A stretch of DNA of 64,000 nucleotides. Source: Bosea sp. (in: a-proteobacteria). GTDB lineage: Bacteria; Pseudomonadota; Alphaproteobacteria; Rhizobiales; Beijerinckiaceae. The position numbers and the translations under genes are program-made. The notes beneath the pieces are model-generated. The model ran no database searches. It saw only the letters and a program-made list of their open reading frames with translations, and had not been told where the DNA came from. The stretch is from assembly GCF_051860145.1 (NCBI RefSeq), contig NZ_JBHYEM010000002.1:277780-341779 (forward strand), read 5' to 3'. Positions 51,064 through 60,657 of the stretch are shown here, piece after piece (the first letter of the stretch is position 1; the number at the start of each line of letters is the position of its first letter).

Positions 51064-52134
51064 TCACACCCCCGTTCCCCGCGCCAGCCCGTGCCGGATC
51101 ACCCTGTCGATCAGGTCGGGATAGGCGATCCCGCTCGCCGCCAGCGCCTTCGGATACATGCTGATATCGGTGAAGCCGGGGATCGTGTTGACCTCGTTCA
51201 CCACCGCGCTCATGTCCGGGCGCAGGAAGAAATCGACGCGCGCCATGCCGTCGCAGCCCAGCGCCTGGAAGGCCTGTTTCGCCAGCGCCCTGATCCTGTC
51301 CGCCACCTCGTCCGGCAGATCGGCGGGCACGACGACCTCGGCGCCGGTTTCGTCGAGATATTTGGCCTCATAGGTATAGAAGCCGTGGCTCGCCGCCGTG
51401 ACGATCTCGCCGGGGACGGAAACGATGGTCTCGCCATCGGCCTGTTCGAGCACACTGCACTCGATCTCGCGCCCGGCGATAAACTCCTCAACCAGCAGCT
51501 TGCGGTCGTATTTAAAGCCCTCGGTCAGTGCGGCGGCGAATTCCTCGGCCGTCGTCGCCTTGCTGACGCCGACCGAGGAACCCTGCCGGGCCGGCTTGAC
51601 GAAAAGCGGCAGGCCGAGCGCCGCGCTAGCCGCCTCGAACGACGGGGCATCTCCATGCCGCACGGTGATCGAGCGCGCGACCAGGAGCCCGGCCTCGCGC
51701 AGGAGCCGCTTGGCGATGTCCTTGTCGATCGCCGTCGCCGAGCCGAGGATGCCGCAGCCCGCCAGCGGCACGCCCGCCACCTGAGCCAACCCCTGGATCG
51801 AACCGTCCTCGCCATTCAGCCCGTGCAGGACGGGGAACAGGACGTCGATCGCCTTCAGCTCTTCCGGCGCGCCGCCCTGCGTCAGGCTGAGCAGCCGGCC
51901 GCGGCCGCCTGGCAGGAGGCAGATCTCTGCGCCGGTCTCGGGGATCGGATCGGGCAGGACGCCGTTCTGCAGCTCGAGCAGGTGCCACTGCCCGCTCTTG
52001 CTGATCAGGATCGGCACGACATCGTATTTCGCCTTGTCGATCGCCTTCACCACATTGCCGGCGGAGAGGAGGGAGACCTCATGCTCGGCGGACTGCCCGC
52101 CGAGGAGAATGGCGACGCGGAGTCGGTCGGTCAT
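51064..52134 (-). CDS. ddlA: D-alanine--D-alanine ligase, DdlA-type
   Basis: ATG at 52134; 356 aa: MTDRLRVAILLGGQSAEHEVSLLSA... and ..GFYTYEAKYLDETGAEVVVPA...GCDGMARVDFFL...EVNTIPGFTDISMYPK.., closely collinear with E. coli DdlA as I remember it. Confidence 0.9.
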   Translation of the reverse strand: MTDRLRVAILLGGQSAEHEVSLLSAGNVVKAIDKAKYDVVPILISKSGQWHLLELQNGVLPDPIPETGAEICLLPGGRGRLLSLTQGGAPEELKAIDVLFPVLHGLNGEDGSIQGLAQVAGVPLAGCGILGSATAIDKDIAKRLLREAGLLVARSITVRHGDAPSFEAASAALGLPLFVKPARQGSSVGVSKATTAEEFAAALTEGFKYDRKLLVEEFIAGREIECSVLEQADGETIVSVPGEIVTAASHGFYTYEAKYLDETGAEVVVPADLPDEVADRIRALAKQAFQALGCDGMARVDFFLRPDMSAVVNEVNTIPGFTDISMYPKALAASGIAYPDLIDRVIRHGLARGTGV

Positions 52135-52289
52135 CGCTGTGCTTTCTGTATGGGCCTGTTGCGGCAGGCCCCGCATTGGGGCGCATCTCCGCTAAGAAAC
52201 GGTTTACCTTGCCGGGGTGCCATGCCCTACGGCAGAATCGGGTTGAGCCCAACTGAGAAGGGGAAGGCGAACCTGTCGCTTGTCCCCTT

Positions 52290-52868
52290 TCATCCCTTCA
52301 CGCCGATGGCGCATTCGCGCAGATCAGCTACTTGCTCGGGCGACAGCACGCGCTTCGGCAGCATCTGGAACAGGCGCGGCGCTTGATAGAACAGCAGCGT
52401 CTCGTCGTTCTCCGCCCGCTTGAGATAATGGTCCCAGGGCGTCAGCCACTCGCCGGCCTCGCTCGTCACCTTGAGGCCCGCCTGGGACCAGGAAAACGTG
52501 AGGGGCTGCTGCAACGATTTCTGCTGCCGATAGGTCTTGCGCGCCGAGCGCGGCGCGAGCACGAAATATGACAGGAGAGGCAGCGCCAGCAGCCCGATCG
52601 CGGCTCCGTAGAAGACGGTGGCGAGCCACCGATACGACCCGTCGCCGGCATATTCGGAGCGAAAGAATAGCCCGTAAAGCAGCAGCATCCCGGCGACGGC
52701 GATGATCCCGACGCCGCCCTTGTAGGACTTCAGCACGTACAGCTTGTTCGCGGCCGCATAGTCCTCAGCCGTCAGGGTGAAGCTCACCGCGCGGTTCATT
52801 TCAGCCGGCATCCAAGCCCCCGACAGTCTCCGAGACGGCCGCGGCTGGAGCGCGGCCAGGCGCAGCAT
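52290..52868 (-). CDS. YcxB-like membrane protein (start uncertain)
   Basis: 192-aa ORF with two TM segments and a C-terminal ..LLFYQAPRLFQMLPKRVLSPEQV.. segment typical of YcxB-family proteins. The first ATG lies 1 nt after the zapA stop; internal ATGs at 52811 and 52799 are also possible. Confidence 0.6.
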   Translation of the reverse strand: MLRLAALQPRPSRRLSGAWMPAEMNRAVSFTLTAEDYAAANKLYVLKSYKGGVGIIAVAGMLLLYGLFFRSEYAGDGSYRWLATVFYGAAIGLLALPLLSYFVLAPRSARKTYRQQKSLQQPLTFSWSQAGLKVTSEAGEWLTPWDHYLKRAENDETLLFYQAPRLFQMLPKRVLSPEQVADLRECAIGVKG

Positions 52869-52869
52869 G

Positions 52870-53238
52870 TCACCCCGCCGGGCTCGGAATCAAACTGCGG
52901 GCCACGCTCTCGATCCGCTCGGCCGCGGCGACCAGCGCCTCCGCCGCCCGCTCCTCGACCTCGCCGAGGCGCTGGTCGGCCGAGCCGGCATCGCCCTTGA
53001 TCGCTGCGAGCGTGGTCTCCAGCGTCGCGACCCGTTGCTTCAGCTCGGAGACCTCGTCGGCCACCATCAGCGCGGCCATGACATGCAATCGCATGTCGCC
53101 GATCTCGCCGAAGGCCTGGCGCATCTCGTCGATTTTGCCGTCATAGAGGCTGGCGAGACCTTCCAGATGGGCTTCCTCGCCCTCTCCGCATGCCATCCGA
53201 TAGGCCTTGCCGGCGATCGTGACATTCACCTGCGGCAT
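52870..53238 (-). CDS. zapA: cell division protein ZapA
   Basis: 122 aa: [29 protein letters not shown]..., followed by a coiled-coil tail. Confidence 0.85.
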   Translation of the reverse strand: MPQVNVTIAGKAYRMACGEGEEAHLEGLASLYDGKIDEMRQAFGEIGDMRLHVMAALMVADEVSELKQRVATLETTLAAIKGDAGSADQRLGEVEERAAEALVAAAERIESVARSLIPSPAG

Positions 53239-53254
53239 TGTACGCCCCTTGTCA

Positions 53255-53539
53255 TCATGCCCGCGCCTGGGACCGGGCGATCACTTCGCCGACTGCGCCC
53301 ATGGCCTTCTCGAGTCGGCTGTCGACATCGTTGGCAGCACTCTCCACCTGGCCGACGCGGGCGATCGCTCCGTCGAGCTCGGCAGCGAGCCGCGCCCTGT
53401 CATCCTGCATCAGCGTCAGCTCGGTTTCGAGATTGGCGTGTCCGCGCTCCGCCTCGATGCGCCGCCTCGCCGAAGCCTCCAGTTGCGCAAGTGCACCGTC
53501 GAGGCGCGCCAGCGCATTGTCCAGCATCAAGCTCGCCAC
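53255..53539 (-). CDS. DUF4164-like coiled-coil protein
   Basis: 94 aa, all-helical (..[41 protein letters not shown]..). Sits immediately upstream of zapA, as in other Rhizobiales. Confidence 0.7.
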   Translation of the reverse strand: MASLMLDNALARLDGALAQLEASARRRIEAERGHANLETELTLMQDDRARLAAELDGAIARVGQVESAANDVDSRLEKAMGAVGEVIARSQARA

Positions 53540-53825
53540 CGTCGTCCTCCTCTTAACATCGAAGCCGGCTCTGCGATTCGCGAGCCTAGAGCATGTGCCG
53601 GAAAAGTGGGAACGGGTTTTCTGGCGAACGCGGCGGCTCCGCCATCCGGGGCCGCACGATCAGCCATCTGATCGGCCAAGTGAATTGACTCGGGGAGAGC
53701 GGGCATCCTATCGAGCACCGGCACGAAACGGTGCCCCGAAAAGCCCATCGGGCCGTCGTCGGCCTGCCGCACGGACAGGCTCGGCCACGGCCGCACATCT
53801 TCCGCACGCCGGAGCCCAGGACGCC

Positions 53826-55823
53826 ATGACCACGATCGACCGCGCCCAGCACGACAAGCTCGCCAACGCCATTCGCGCCCTGGCGATGGACGGGGTCGAG
53901 CAGGCCAAGTCCGGCCATCCCGGCCTGCCGATGGGCGCTGCCGACGTCGCGACCGTGCTGTTCACGCGCATCATGACCTATGACGCGGCCGAACCGCGCT
54001 GGCCCGACCGCGACCGCTTCGTGCTCTCGGCCGGGCACGGCTCGATGCTGCTCTACGCCCTGCTCTATCTCACCGGCACGCCCGGCATGGCCCTCGACGA
54101 CCTGAAGAAGTTCCGCCAGCTCGAATCGAAGACGCCCGGGCACCCTGAGAATTTCATGACGCTCGGCGTCGAGACCACGACGGGCCCGCTCGGCCAGGGC
54201 CTCGCAACCTCGGTCGGCATGGCGATGGCGGAGCGCATGCTCGCCGCCGAATTCGGCAAGAAGGTCGTCGATCACCACACCTATGTCCTCGCCTCCGACG
54301 GCGACCTGATGGAGGGCATCAGCCAGGAGGCGATCGCGCTCGCCGGCCATCAGAAGCTCAACAAGCTGATCGTGTTCTGGGACGATAACGGCATCTCGAT
54401 CGACGGCCCGCTCTCGATCTCCGATTCGGTCGACCAGGTCGCGCGCTTCAAGGCCTGCGGCTGGCGCTCGGAGCGCGTCGACGGCCATGATCCCGACGCG
54501 ATCGAGGCCGCGATCCGCCGCGCCCAGAAGTCGAGCAAGCCGACCATGATCGCCTGCAAGACGGTGATCGGTTTCGGCGCGCCGAAGAAGGCCGGCACCT
54601 CCAAGGCCCATGGCGAGCCGCTCGGCACTGAGGAGCTCGCCGCCGCCAAGAAGGCGCTCGGCATCACCGGCGGCGCCTTCGAGATCGCTCCCGACCTGCT
54701 CAAGGTTTGGCGCGGCTTCGGCGCCGCAGGCAGCGCCGCGCGCAAGGAGTGGCAGGGCCGCTATGATGCGCTCTCGTCGCGCAAGCGCGCCGAATTCGAG
54801 CGCCGCCTCGCCCACACCGTCCCGGCCAAGCTCGACAAGGCGATCGTCGCGCACAAGAAGGCGCTCGCCGCCAATCCGGTCACCGTCGCGACCCGCAAGG
54901 CCTCCGAGCTCGCGCTCGACGTCATCGTCCCGGTGATGCCCGAGCTGGTCTCGGGCTCCGCCGACCTGACGCCCTCGAACAACACCAAGGCCAAGGGCCT
55001 CGACGATTTCACGCCGAAGACGCCGAAGGGCCGCTATGTCCGCTACGGCATCCGCGAGCACGGCATGGCCGCCGCGATGAACGGCATCACCTTGCATGGC
55101 GGCTTCCGCACCGCCGGCGGCACCTTCCTGGTCTTCGCCGACTATGCTCGCCCCTCGATGCGGCTCGCCGCCCTGATGGGCCTGCCGGTGGTCTATGTCA
55201 TGACCCATGACTCGATCGGTCTCGGCGAGGACGGCCCGACCCATCAGCCCGTCGAGCAGATCGCCAGCCTGCGCGCCATGCCGAACATGCGCGTGCTGCG
55301 CCCGGCCGACGCGATCGAAACGGCGGAAGCCTGGCAGATCGCGCTGGAGCGCACGGACGGCCCGACCGTGCTCGCGCTCTCGCGCCAGAATCTCGCGCCG
55401 CTGCGCACCGACGGCACCGCCACCAACCGTTCGGCCAAGGGCGCCTATGAATTGCTGCCGGCCGAAGGCGGCAAGGCCCAGGTCTCGCTCTTCGCCTCGG
55501 GCTCCGAGCTCGAGATCGCGGTCGCGGCCCGCAAGCAACTGGCCGAGAAGGGCGTGCGTGCTCGCGTCGTCTCCGTGCCCTCGCTCGAACTGCTGCTCGC
55601 CCAGGACGAGGCGACGCAGGACAAGATCATCGGCGACGCGCCGATCAGGATCGCCGTCGAGGCGGCGGTGCGCTTCGGCTGGGACGCGGTGATCGGCCAT
55701 GACGGCCTCTTCGTCGGCATGGCCTCCTTCGGCGCCAGCGGCCCCTATAAGGACGTCTACAAGCATTTCGGCATTACGCCCGACGCAGTGGTCGAAGCCG
55801 CTATGAAGCGTCATAACGCCTGA
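53826..55823 (+). CDS. tkt: transketolase
   Basis: ATG at 53826; 665 aa: ..[32 protein letters not shown]...[19 protein letters not shown].. Confidence 0.95.
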   Translation: MTTIDRAQHDKLANAIRALAMDGVEQAKSGHPGLPMGAADVATVLFTRIMTYDAAEPRWPDRDRFVLSAGHGSMLLYALLYLTGTPGMALDDLKKFRQLESKTPGHPENFMTLGVETTTGPLGQGLATSVGMAMAERMLAAEFGKKVVDHHTYVLASDGDLMEGISQEAIALAGHQKLNKLIVFWDDNGISIDGPLSISDSVDQVARFKACGWRSERVDGHDPDAIEAAIRRAQKSSKPTMIACKTVIGFGAPKKAGTSKAHGEPLGTEELAAAKKALGITGGAFEIAPDLLKVWRGFGAAGSAARKEWQGRYDALSSRKRAEFERRLAHTVPAKLDKAIVAHKKALAANPVTVATRKASELALDVIVPVMPELVSGSADLTPSNNTKAKGLDDFTPKTPKGRYVRYGIREHGMAAAMNGITLHGGFRTAGGTFLVFADYARPSMRLAALMGLPVVYVMTHDSIGLGEDGPTHQPVEQIASLRAMPNMRVLRPADAIETAEAWQIALERTDGPTVLALSRQNLAPLRTDGTATNRSAKGAYELLPAEGGKAQVSLFASGSELEIAVAARKQLAEKGVRARVVSVPSLELLLAQDEATQDKIIGDAPIRIAVEAAVRFGWDAVIGHDGLFVGMASFGASGPYKDVYKHFGITPDAVVEAAMKRHNA

Positions 55824-55920
55824 GATTCACGCGGCGCACTTGCGTTCGGCCCTAGTTTGGTCGATTTGCCCGCGTGAAAGAGGGTAGCAACGCCGAAACC
55901 CGGCGAAGGAGAGGATTGAG

Positions 55921-56931
55921 ATGACGGTCAAGGTGGCGATCAACGGCTTCGGCCGCATCGGGCGCAACGTCCTGCGTGCGATCATCGAGTCGAAGCGCAA
56001 GGATATCGAGGTCGTGGCGATCAACGATCTCGGCCCGGTCGAGACCAATGCCCATCTCTTCCGCTTCGACTCCGTCCATGGCCGCTTCCCCGGCACCGTG
56101 ACGGTCTCCGGCGACACGATCGATGTCGGCCGCGGCCCGATCAAGGTCACCGCCGTGCGCGATCCCAAGGATCTGCCGCACAAGGCGCTCGGCGTCGACA
56201 TCGCGCTGGAATGCACCGGCATCTTCACCACCCGCGAGAAGGCCGCGGCCCATCTCGCCGCCGGCGCCAAGCGCGTCCTCGTCTCGGCCCCCTGCGACGG
56301 CGCCGACCTGACGGTGGTGTTCGGCGTCAACGACGGCGCCCTGACCAAGGACCATCTCGTCGTCTCGAACGCCTCCTGCACCACGAACTGCCTCGCCCCG
56401 GTCGTCCGGGTGCTGCAGGACGCGGTCGGCATCGACAAGGGCTTCATGACCACGATCCATGCCTATACCGGCGACCAGCCGACGCTCGACACCATGCACA
56501 AGGATCTCTACCGGGGCCGCGCCGCGGCGCTCTCGATGATCCCGACCTCGACCGGCGCCGCCAAGGCGATCGGCCTCGTCATTCCCGAGCTCAAGGGCCG
56601 TCTCGACGGCACCTCGATCCGCGTGCCGACGCCCAACGTCTCGGTTGTTGATTTCAAGTTCATCTCGAAGCGCAAGACCACGGTCGAGAAGATCAACGAG
56701 GCGATCCTGAAGGCCAGCAAGCGCGGGCCGCTGAAGGGCATCCTCGCGGTCACCGACCAGCCCAACGTCTCGATGGACTTCAACCACGACCCGGCCTCCT
56801 CGACCTTCGCACTCGATCAGACCAAGGTCATGGACGACAAGTTCGTCCGCGTCCTGTCCTGGTACGACAACGAGTGGGGCTTCTCGAACCGCATGAGCGA
56901 CACCGCTGTCGCCATGGCGAAGCTCATCTGA
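55921..56931 (+). CDS. gap: glyceraldehyde-3-phosphate dehydrogenase
   Basis: 336 aa: [19 protein letters not shown]...; catalytic [12 protein letters not shown]. Confidence 0.95.
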   Translation: MTVKVAINGFGRIGRNVLRAIIESKRKDIEVVAINDLGPVETNAHLFRFDSVHGRFPGTVTVSGDTIDVGRGPIKVTAVRDPKDLPHKALGVDIALECTGIFTTREKAAAHLAAGAKRVLVSAPCDGADLTVVFGVNDGALTKDHLVVSNASCTTNCLAPVVRVLQDAVGIDKGFMTTIHAYTGDQPTLDTMHKDLYRGRAAALSMIPTSTGAAKAIGLVIPELKGRLDGTSIRVPTPNVSVVDFKFISKRKTTVEKINEAILKASKRGPLKGILAVTDQPNVSMDFNHDPASSTFALDQTKVMDDKFVRVLSWYDNEWGFSNRMSDTAVAMAKLI

Positions 56932-56995
56932 CCTCTCAGCCCGAGGGGCTGCGCCGTCGCGCGGCCCCGATCCTCCTGGAATGAACGGAAAGCAC

Positions 56996-57478
56996 ATGAG
57001 CAAGATCGAGCCGACCGTCACCGCGCCCGCCAAGCCAGCCGAGCCGGCCGCCGTCGAGCCGGTGACGACGCAGTCGCCCCCGCCCGTGTTCAGCCAGGCC
57101 TCGCCGGTTCCGGTCTCGGTCCCCGTTTCGGCAAGCGAGGTTGCGCCGGTCACGGAGCCCCGCAAGCTCGACCAGCTCTCCCGCATCGAGGAGAAGGCCG
57201 CGCGGATCGAGGAGAAATTCGCCCGCTACGAGGCCATCCTGACCCGCGCCGAAGCCTCGCTCGAGCGCAGCGCCCAGAAGGTCGAGACCGCCACCGGCGC
57301 AATGGACTTCGCCGGCATCCGCCAGGAGGTCACGGCCCTGCGCTACCGCGTCGATTCGACGCCGCGCGCCGGCACGCTCTTCGTGACCGCGATCGTCACG
57401 GCGCTCCTGACCGTGCTGCTCACCGTCCTCGTCCTGAAATTCGGCGTCCCCGGCCTGGTCCCGAGCCTGCTGCCGTGA
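56996..57478 (+). CDS. hypothetical Pro-rich / coiled-coil protein with C-terminal TM anchor
   Basis: ORF 56981..57478 (ATG at 56996 preferred): Pro/Val/Ala-rich N-terminus, a helical middle (..[20 protein letters not shown]..) and C-terminal [20 protein letters not shown]. The stop overlaps the pgk GTG (GTGA). Confidence 0.6.
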   Translation: MSKIEPTVTAPAKPAEPAAVEPVTTQSPPPVFSQASPVPVSVPVSASEVAPVTEPRKLDQLSRIEEKAARIEEKFARYEAILTRAEASLERSAQKVETATGAMDFAGIRQEVTALRYRVDSTPRAGTLFVTAIVTALLTVLLTVLVLKFGVPGLVPSLLP

Positions 57479-58668
57479 CAGCCTTCCGGACGCTCGACGA
57501 CGCCGATCTCGCCGGCAAGCGCGTGCTTGTCCGCGTCGATCTCAACGTGCCGATGGAAGACGGCAAGGTCACCGACACGACCCGGATCGACCGCATCCTG
57601 CCGACCATCCGCGAGATTGCGCAGAAGGGCGGCAAGGCCATCCTACTCGCGCATTTCGGACGGCCGAAGGGGCGCGACGCCAAGGACAGCCTGAAGCAGG
57701 TCGTCCCCGCGCTCGCCCACGCGCTCGGCCAGCCGGTGACCTTCGTCGAGGACTGCATCGGCGATGACGTCGCCAAGGCCGTCGCTGCCGCGAAGAACGG
57801 CGAGGTCCTGCTGCTCGAGAACACCCGCTTCCATGCTGGCGACGAGAAGAACGACGCGGCTTTCGTCCGGGCGCTCGCCGCCAATGGCGACCTTTTCGTC
57901 AACGACGCCTTCTCGGCCGCCCACCGCGCCCATGCCTCGACCGAAGGGCTGGCGCATGCCCTGCCCGCCTATGCCGGCCGCACCATGCAGGCCGAGCTCG
58001 AGGCGCTCTCTGCCGGTCTCGACAACCCCGCCCGGCCGGTGATGGCGATCGTCGGCGGCGCCAAGGTCTCGACCAAGCTCGAGCTGCTCGGCAATCTGGT
58101 GAGACAAGTCGATGTCCTCGTCATCGGCGGCGGCATGGCCAACACCTTCCTGGCGGCGCGCGGCATCGATGTCGGCAAGTCGCTTTGCGAGCATGATCTC
58201 GCCGCCACCGCCCGCGAGATCGAGGCGAAGGCGAAGGAAGCCGGCTGCGAGATCATGCTGCCGGTCGATGCGCTGGTGGCGCGCGAGTTCAGGGCCAATC
58301 CCGGCCACCGCGTCGTGCCGATCGGCGAGGTCGAGGCGGGCGAGATGATTCTCGACGCCGGCCCGCTCAGCGTCGCCGAGGTCGTGCTCAAGCTCGACAC
58401 CGTCAGGACACTGGTCTGGAACGGCCCCTTCGGCGCCTTCGAGCTCAAGCCCTTCGACACCGCCACGGTGACGGTCGCCAAGGCGGCGGCCGAGCGCGTC
58501 AAGGCCGGCAGGCTGGTCGCGGTCGCCGGCGGCGGCGACACCGTCGCGGCGATGAACCATGCCGGCGTCGCCGATGACCTGACCTATGTCTCGACGGCGG
58601 GTGGCGCCTTCCTCGAATGGATGGAGGGCAAGCCGTTGCCGGGCGTCGAGGCGCTGCGGCAGGGCTGA
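57475..58668 (+). CDS. pgk: phosphoglycerate kinase
   Basis: 397 aa; GTG start; ..[24 protein letters not shown]...FLLENTRFH-type motifs (here [13 protein letters not shown]). Confidence 0.95.
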   Translation: MTAFRTLDDADLAGKRVLVRVDLNVPMEDGKVTDTTRIDRILPTIREIAQKGGKAILLAHFGRPKGRDAKDSLKQVVPALAHALGQPVTFVEDCIGDDVAKAVAAAKNGEVLLLENTRFHAGDEKNDAAFVRALAANGDLFVNDAFSAAHRAHASTEGLAHALPAYAGRTMQAELEALSAGLDNPARPVMAIVGGAKVSTKLELLGNLVRQVDVLVIGGGMANTFLAARGIDVGKSLCEHDLAATAREIEAKAKEAGCEIMLPVDALVAREFRANPGHRVVPIGEVEAGEMILDAGPLSVAEVVLKLDTVRTLVWNGPFGAFELKPFDTATVTVAKAAAERVKAGRLVAVAGGGDTVAAMNHAGVADDLTYVSTAGGAFLEWMEGKPLPGVEALRQG

Positions 58669-58722
58669 CGGACCAGCCTGGACTGCCCTTGCGGCAGCCC
58701 ATGTTTATGCTATGTTCTCACC

Positions 58723-58947
58723 ATGAGCGAGAACGCGCAGATAGCGATGTTCGAGATCCTGAAGAAGATTCAGGCGCAGCTTGCCGATCACGACAAGCGT
58801 TTCGACACGCTGGAGGACCTCGTCCGCAAGCAGCGCCGCGACACGGCCGGCCTCCTCGTCATGGCCAAGGCCGTGACCGGCGATTTCGCCGAGCAGGTCG
58901 CCGCGATCGAGGAGCGCGTGCGCGTGCTGGAAGCGCGCGGCCGCTGA
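58723..58947 (+). CDS. small (74 aa) coiled-coil hypothetical protein
   Basis: Strong G/C third-position bias across the whole ORF. No obvious SD and no family recognised. Confidence 0.55.
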   Translation: MSENAQIAMFEILKKIQAQLADHDKRFDTLEDLVRKQRRDTAGLLVMAKAVTGDFAEQVAAIEERVRVLEARGR

Positions 58948-59042
58948 TCCGTTTTCACGCCGTCGGCCGCTTTCGCTTTGCGAAATCGCGCCCGTCGCAC
59001 TAAATCCTTCCAGACACCTTGCAACGCACCGGGAGGACCGAA

Positions 59043-60125
59043 GTGGCCCGTATCACGCTCCGCCAATTGCTCGACCACGCCGCCGAGAACGACTATGGCG
59101 TGCCCGCCTTCAACATCAACAACATGGAGCAGGCGCTCGCGATCATGGAGGCGGCTGCGGCCACGGATTCCCCGGTCATCATCCAGGCCTCGCGCGGCGC
59201 GCGCAGCTACGCCAACGACGTCATGCTCAAGCACATGATGGACGCGGTGACCGAGATCCACCCGCAGATCCCGGTCTGCGTCCATCTCGACCACGGCAAC
59301 GAGCCCGCGACCTGCATGACCGCGATCCAGGCCGGCTTCACCTCGGTGATGATGGACGGCTCGCTCAAGGCCGACGGCAAGACCCCGGGCGACTGGGACT
59401 ACAATGTCGGCGTCACCAAGACCGTCACCGACATGGCCCATCTCGGCGGCATCTCGGTGGAGGGCGAGCTTGGCGTGCTCGGCTCGCTGGAGAGCGGCGA
59501 AGGCGAGAAGGAGGACGGTCACGGCTTCGAGGGCAAGCTCAGCCACGACCAGCTCCTGACCAATCCCGACGAGGCTGTGAAATTCGTCGCCGAGACCAAG
59601 GTCGATGCGCTCGCCATCGCCATGGGCACCTCGCACGGCGCCTACAAGTTCACCCGCAAGCCCGACGGCGCGATCCTCGCCATGCATGTCATCGAGGAGA
59701 TCCACAAGAAGCTGCCGAACATGCATCTCGTCATGCACGGCTCCTCCTCGGTGCCGCAGGACCTGCAGGACATCATCAACCAGTATGGCGGCAAGATGCC
59801 CCAGACCTGGGGCGTGCCGGTCGAGGAGATCCAGCGCGGCATCAAGCACGGTGTGCGCAAGATCAATATCGACACCGACAACCGCATGGCGATGACCGGC
59901 CAGATCCGCAAGATCCTCTCCGAGAACCCCGGCGAGTTCGACCCGCGCAAATATCTGAAGCCGGCCATGGAAGCGATGACCAAGCTCTGCCGGCAGCGCC
60001 TGGAAGAGTTCAACACCGCCGGCCAAGCCTCGAAGATCAAGCGCGTGCTCACCACCGCCGAGATGGCCAAGCGCTATGCCAAGGGCGAGCTCGACCCGAC
60101 CTTCGGCGCGAAGAAGGCGGCCTGA
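59043..60125 (+). CDS. fba: class II fructose-bisphosphate aldolase
   Basis: GTG at 59043 after GGGAGGACCGAA: (M)[29 protein letters not shown]...HLDHG...; 360 aa. Confidence 0.93.
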   Translation: MARITLRQLLDHAAENDYGVPAFNINNMEQALAIMEAAAATDSPVIIQASRGARSYANDVMLKHMMDAVTEIHPQIPVCVHLDHGNEPATCMTAIQAGFTSVMMDGSLKADGKTPGDWDYNVGVTKTVTDMAHLGGISVEGELGVLGSLESGEGEKEDGHGFEGKLSHDQLLTNPDEAVKFVAETKVDALAIAMGTSHGAYKFTRKPDGAILAMHVIEEIHKKLPNMHLVMHGSSSVPQDLQDIINQYGGKMPQTWGVPVEEIQRGIKHGVRKINIDTDNRMAMTGQIRKILSENPGEFDPRKYLKPAMEAMTKLCRQRLEEFNTAGQASKIKRVLTTAEMAKRYAKGELDPTFGAKKAA

Positions 60126-60134
60126 GCAGGACAT

Positions 60135-60171
60135 GCCGTCCCGGTGCTTCGATCATTGCAACCGGGACGGC
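60135..60171 (+). other. perfect 11-bp stem-loop at the left edge of the inserted cassette
   Basis: GCCGTCCCGGT-(15 nt)-ACCGGGACGGC starts 10 nt after the fba stop. No U-tract, so it is not a classic terminator. Confidence 0.5.
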
Positions 60172-60179
60172 ACCTACTC

Positions 60180-60500
60180 ATGAAGCGGGTATTGTTCGTC
60201 TGCAGTCAAAATCGTTTGCGCAGCCCAACGGCTGAACAGATCTTCTCAGCGCGGCCTGATCTTGAAGTGATGTCGGCTGGAACCAATCATGATGCTGAAA
60301 CGCCTCTGACTGCCGAGATCGTGGCCTGGGCCGACCTGATCTTCGTGATGGAGAAGGAACACCGCAACAAGCTGCAGCGTCGCTTCAAGCGGCAGCTGAA
60401 GGCCCGGCTGGTCTGCCTCGACATTCCGGACGATTACGAATTCATGGACCCAGTGCTCGTGCGGCTGCTCGAAAACAAGGTTGGCCGGTTTTTGCCTTGA
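60180..60500 (+). CDS. short low-molecular-weight phosphotyrosine-phosphatase-family protein
   Basis: ATG at 60180; 106 aa: MKRVLFVCSQNRLRSPTAEQIF.. with the CX5R(S) P-loop CSQNRLRS. Visibly lower G+C than the flanking genes. Confidence 0.8.
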   Translation: MKRVLFVCSQNRLRSPTAEQIFSARPDLEVMSAGTNHDAETPLTAEIVAWADLIFVMEKEHRNKLQRRFKRQLKARLVCLDIPDDYEFMDPVLVRLLENKVGRFLP

Positions 60501-60562
60501 TGGCCAAGCGCTACGCAAAGGGCGAGCTCGACCCGAGCTTCGGCGCCAAGAAGGCGGCGTAA
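60499..60562 (+). pseudogene. duplicated 3'-terminal fragment of fba (last 20 codons plus stop)
   Basis: 64 nt aligning to 60062-60125 with 6 substitutions by hand alignment. Encodes [20 protein letters not shown], against ..[20 protein letters not shown] at the true fba end. Confidence 0.7.
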
Positions 60563-60657
60563 GGCGCCTTTCTTGTCCCGGTAAGCCGCGAGGGACCCCT
60601 CTCCTTACAGGAGAAGGTCCCCGCGCTCTGGCGTCCGACAATGAGGGTGAAAGAGCG

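Noticed and set aside
53585-53640. CCGGAAAAGTGGGAACGGGTTTTCTGG motif in the DUF4164/tkt divergent region, resembling a widespread Rhizobiales intergenic repeat.
   Set aside because: It is a single partial copy in this window with no inverted partner, so it cannot be called a repeat element from this sequence alone.
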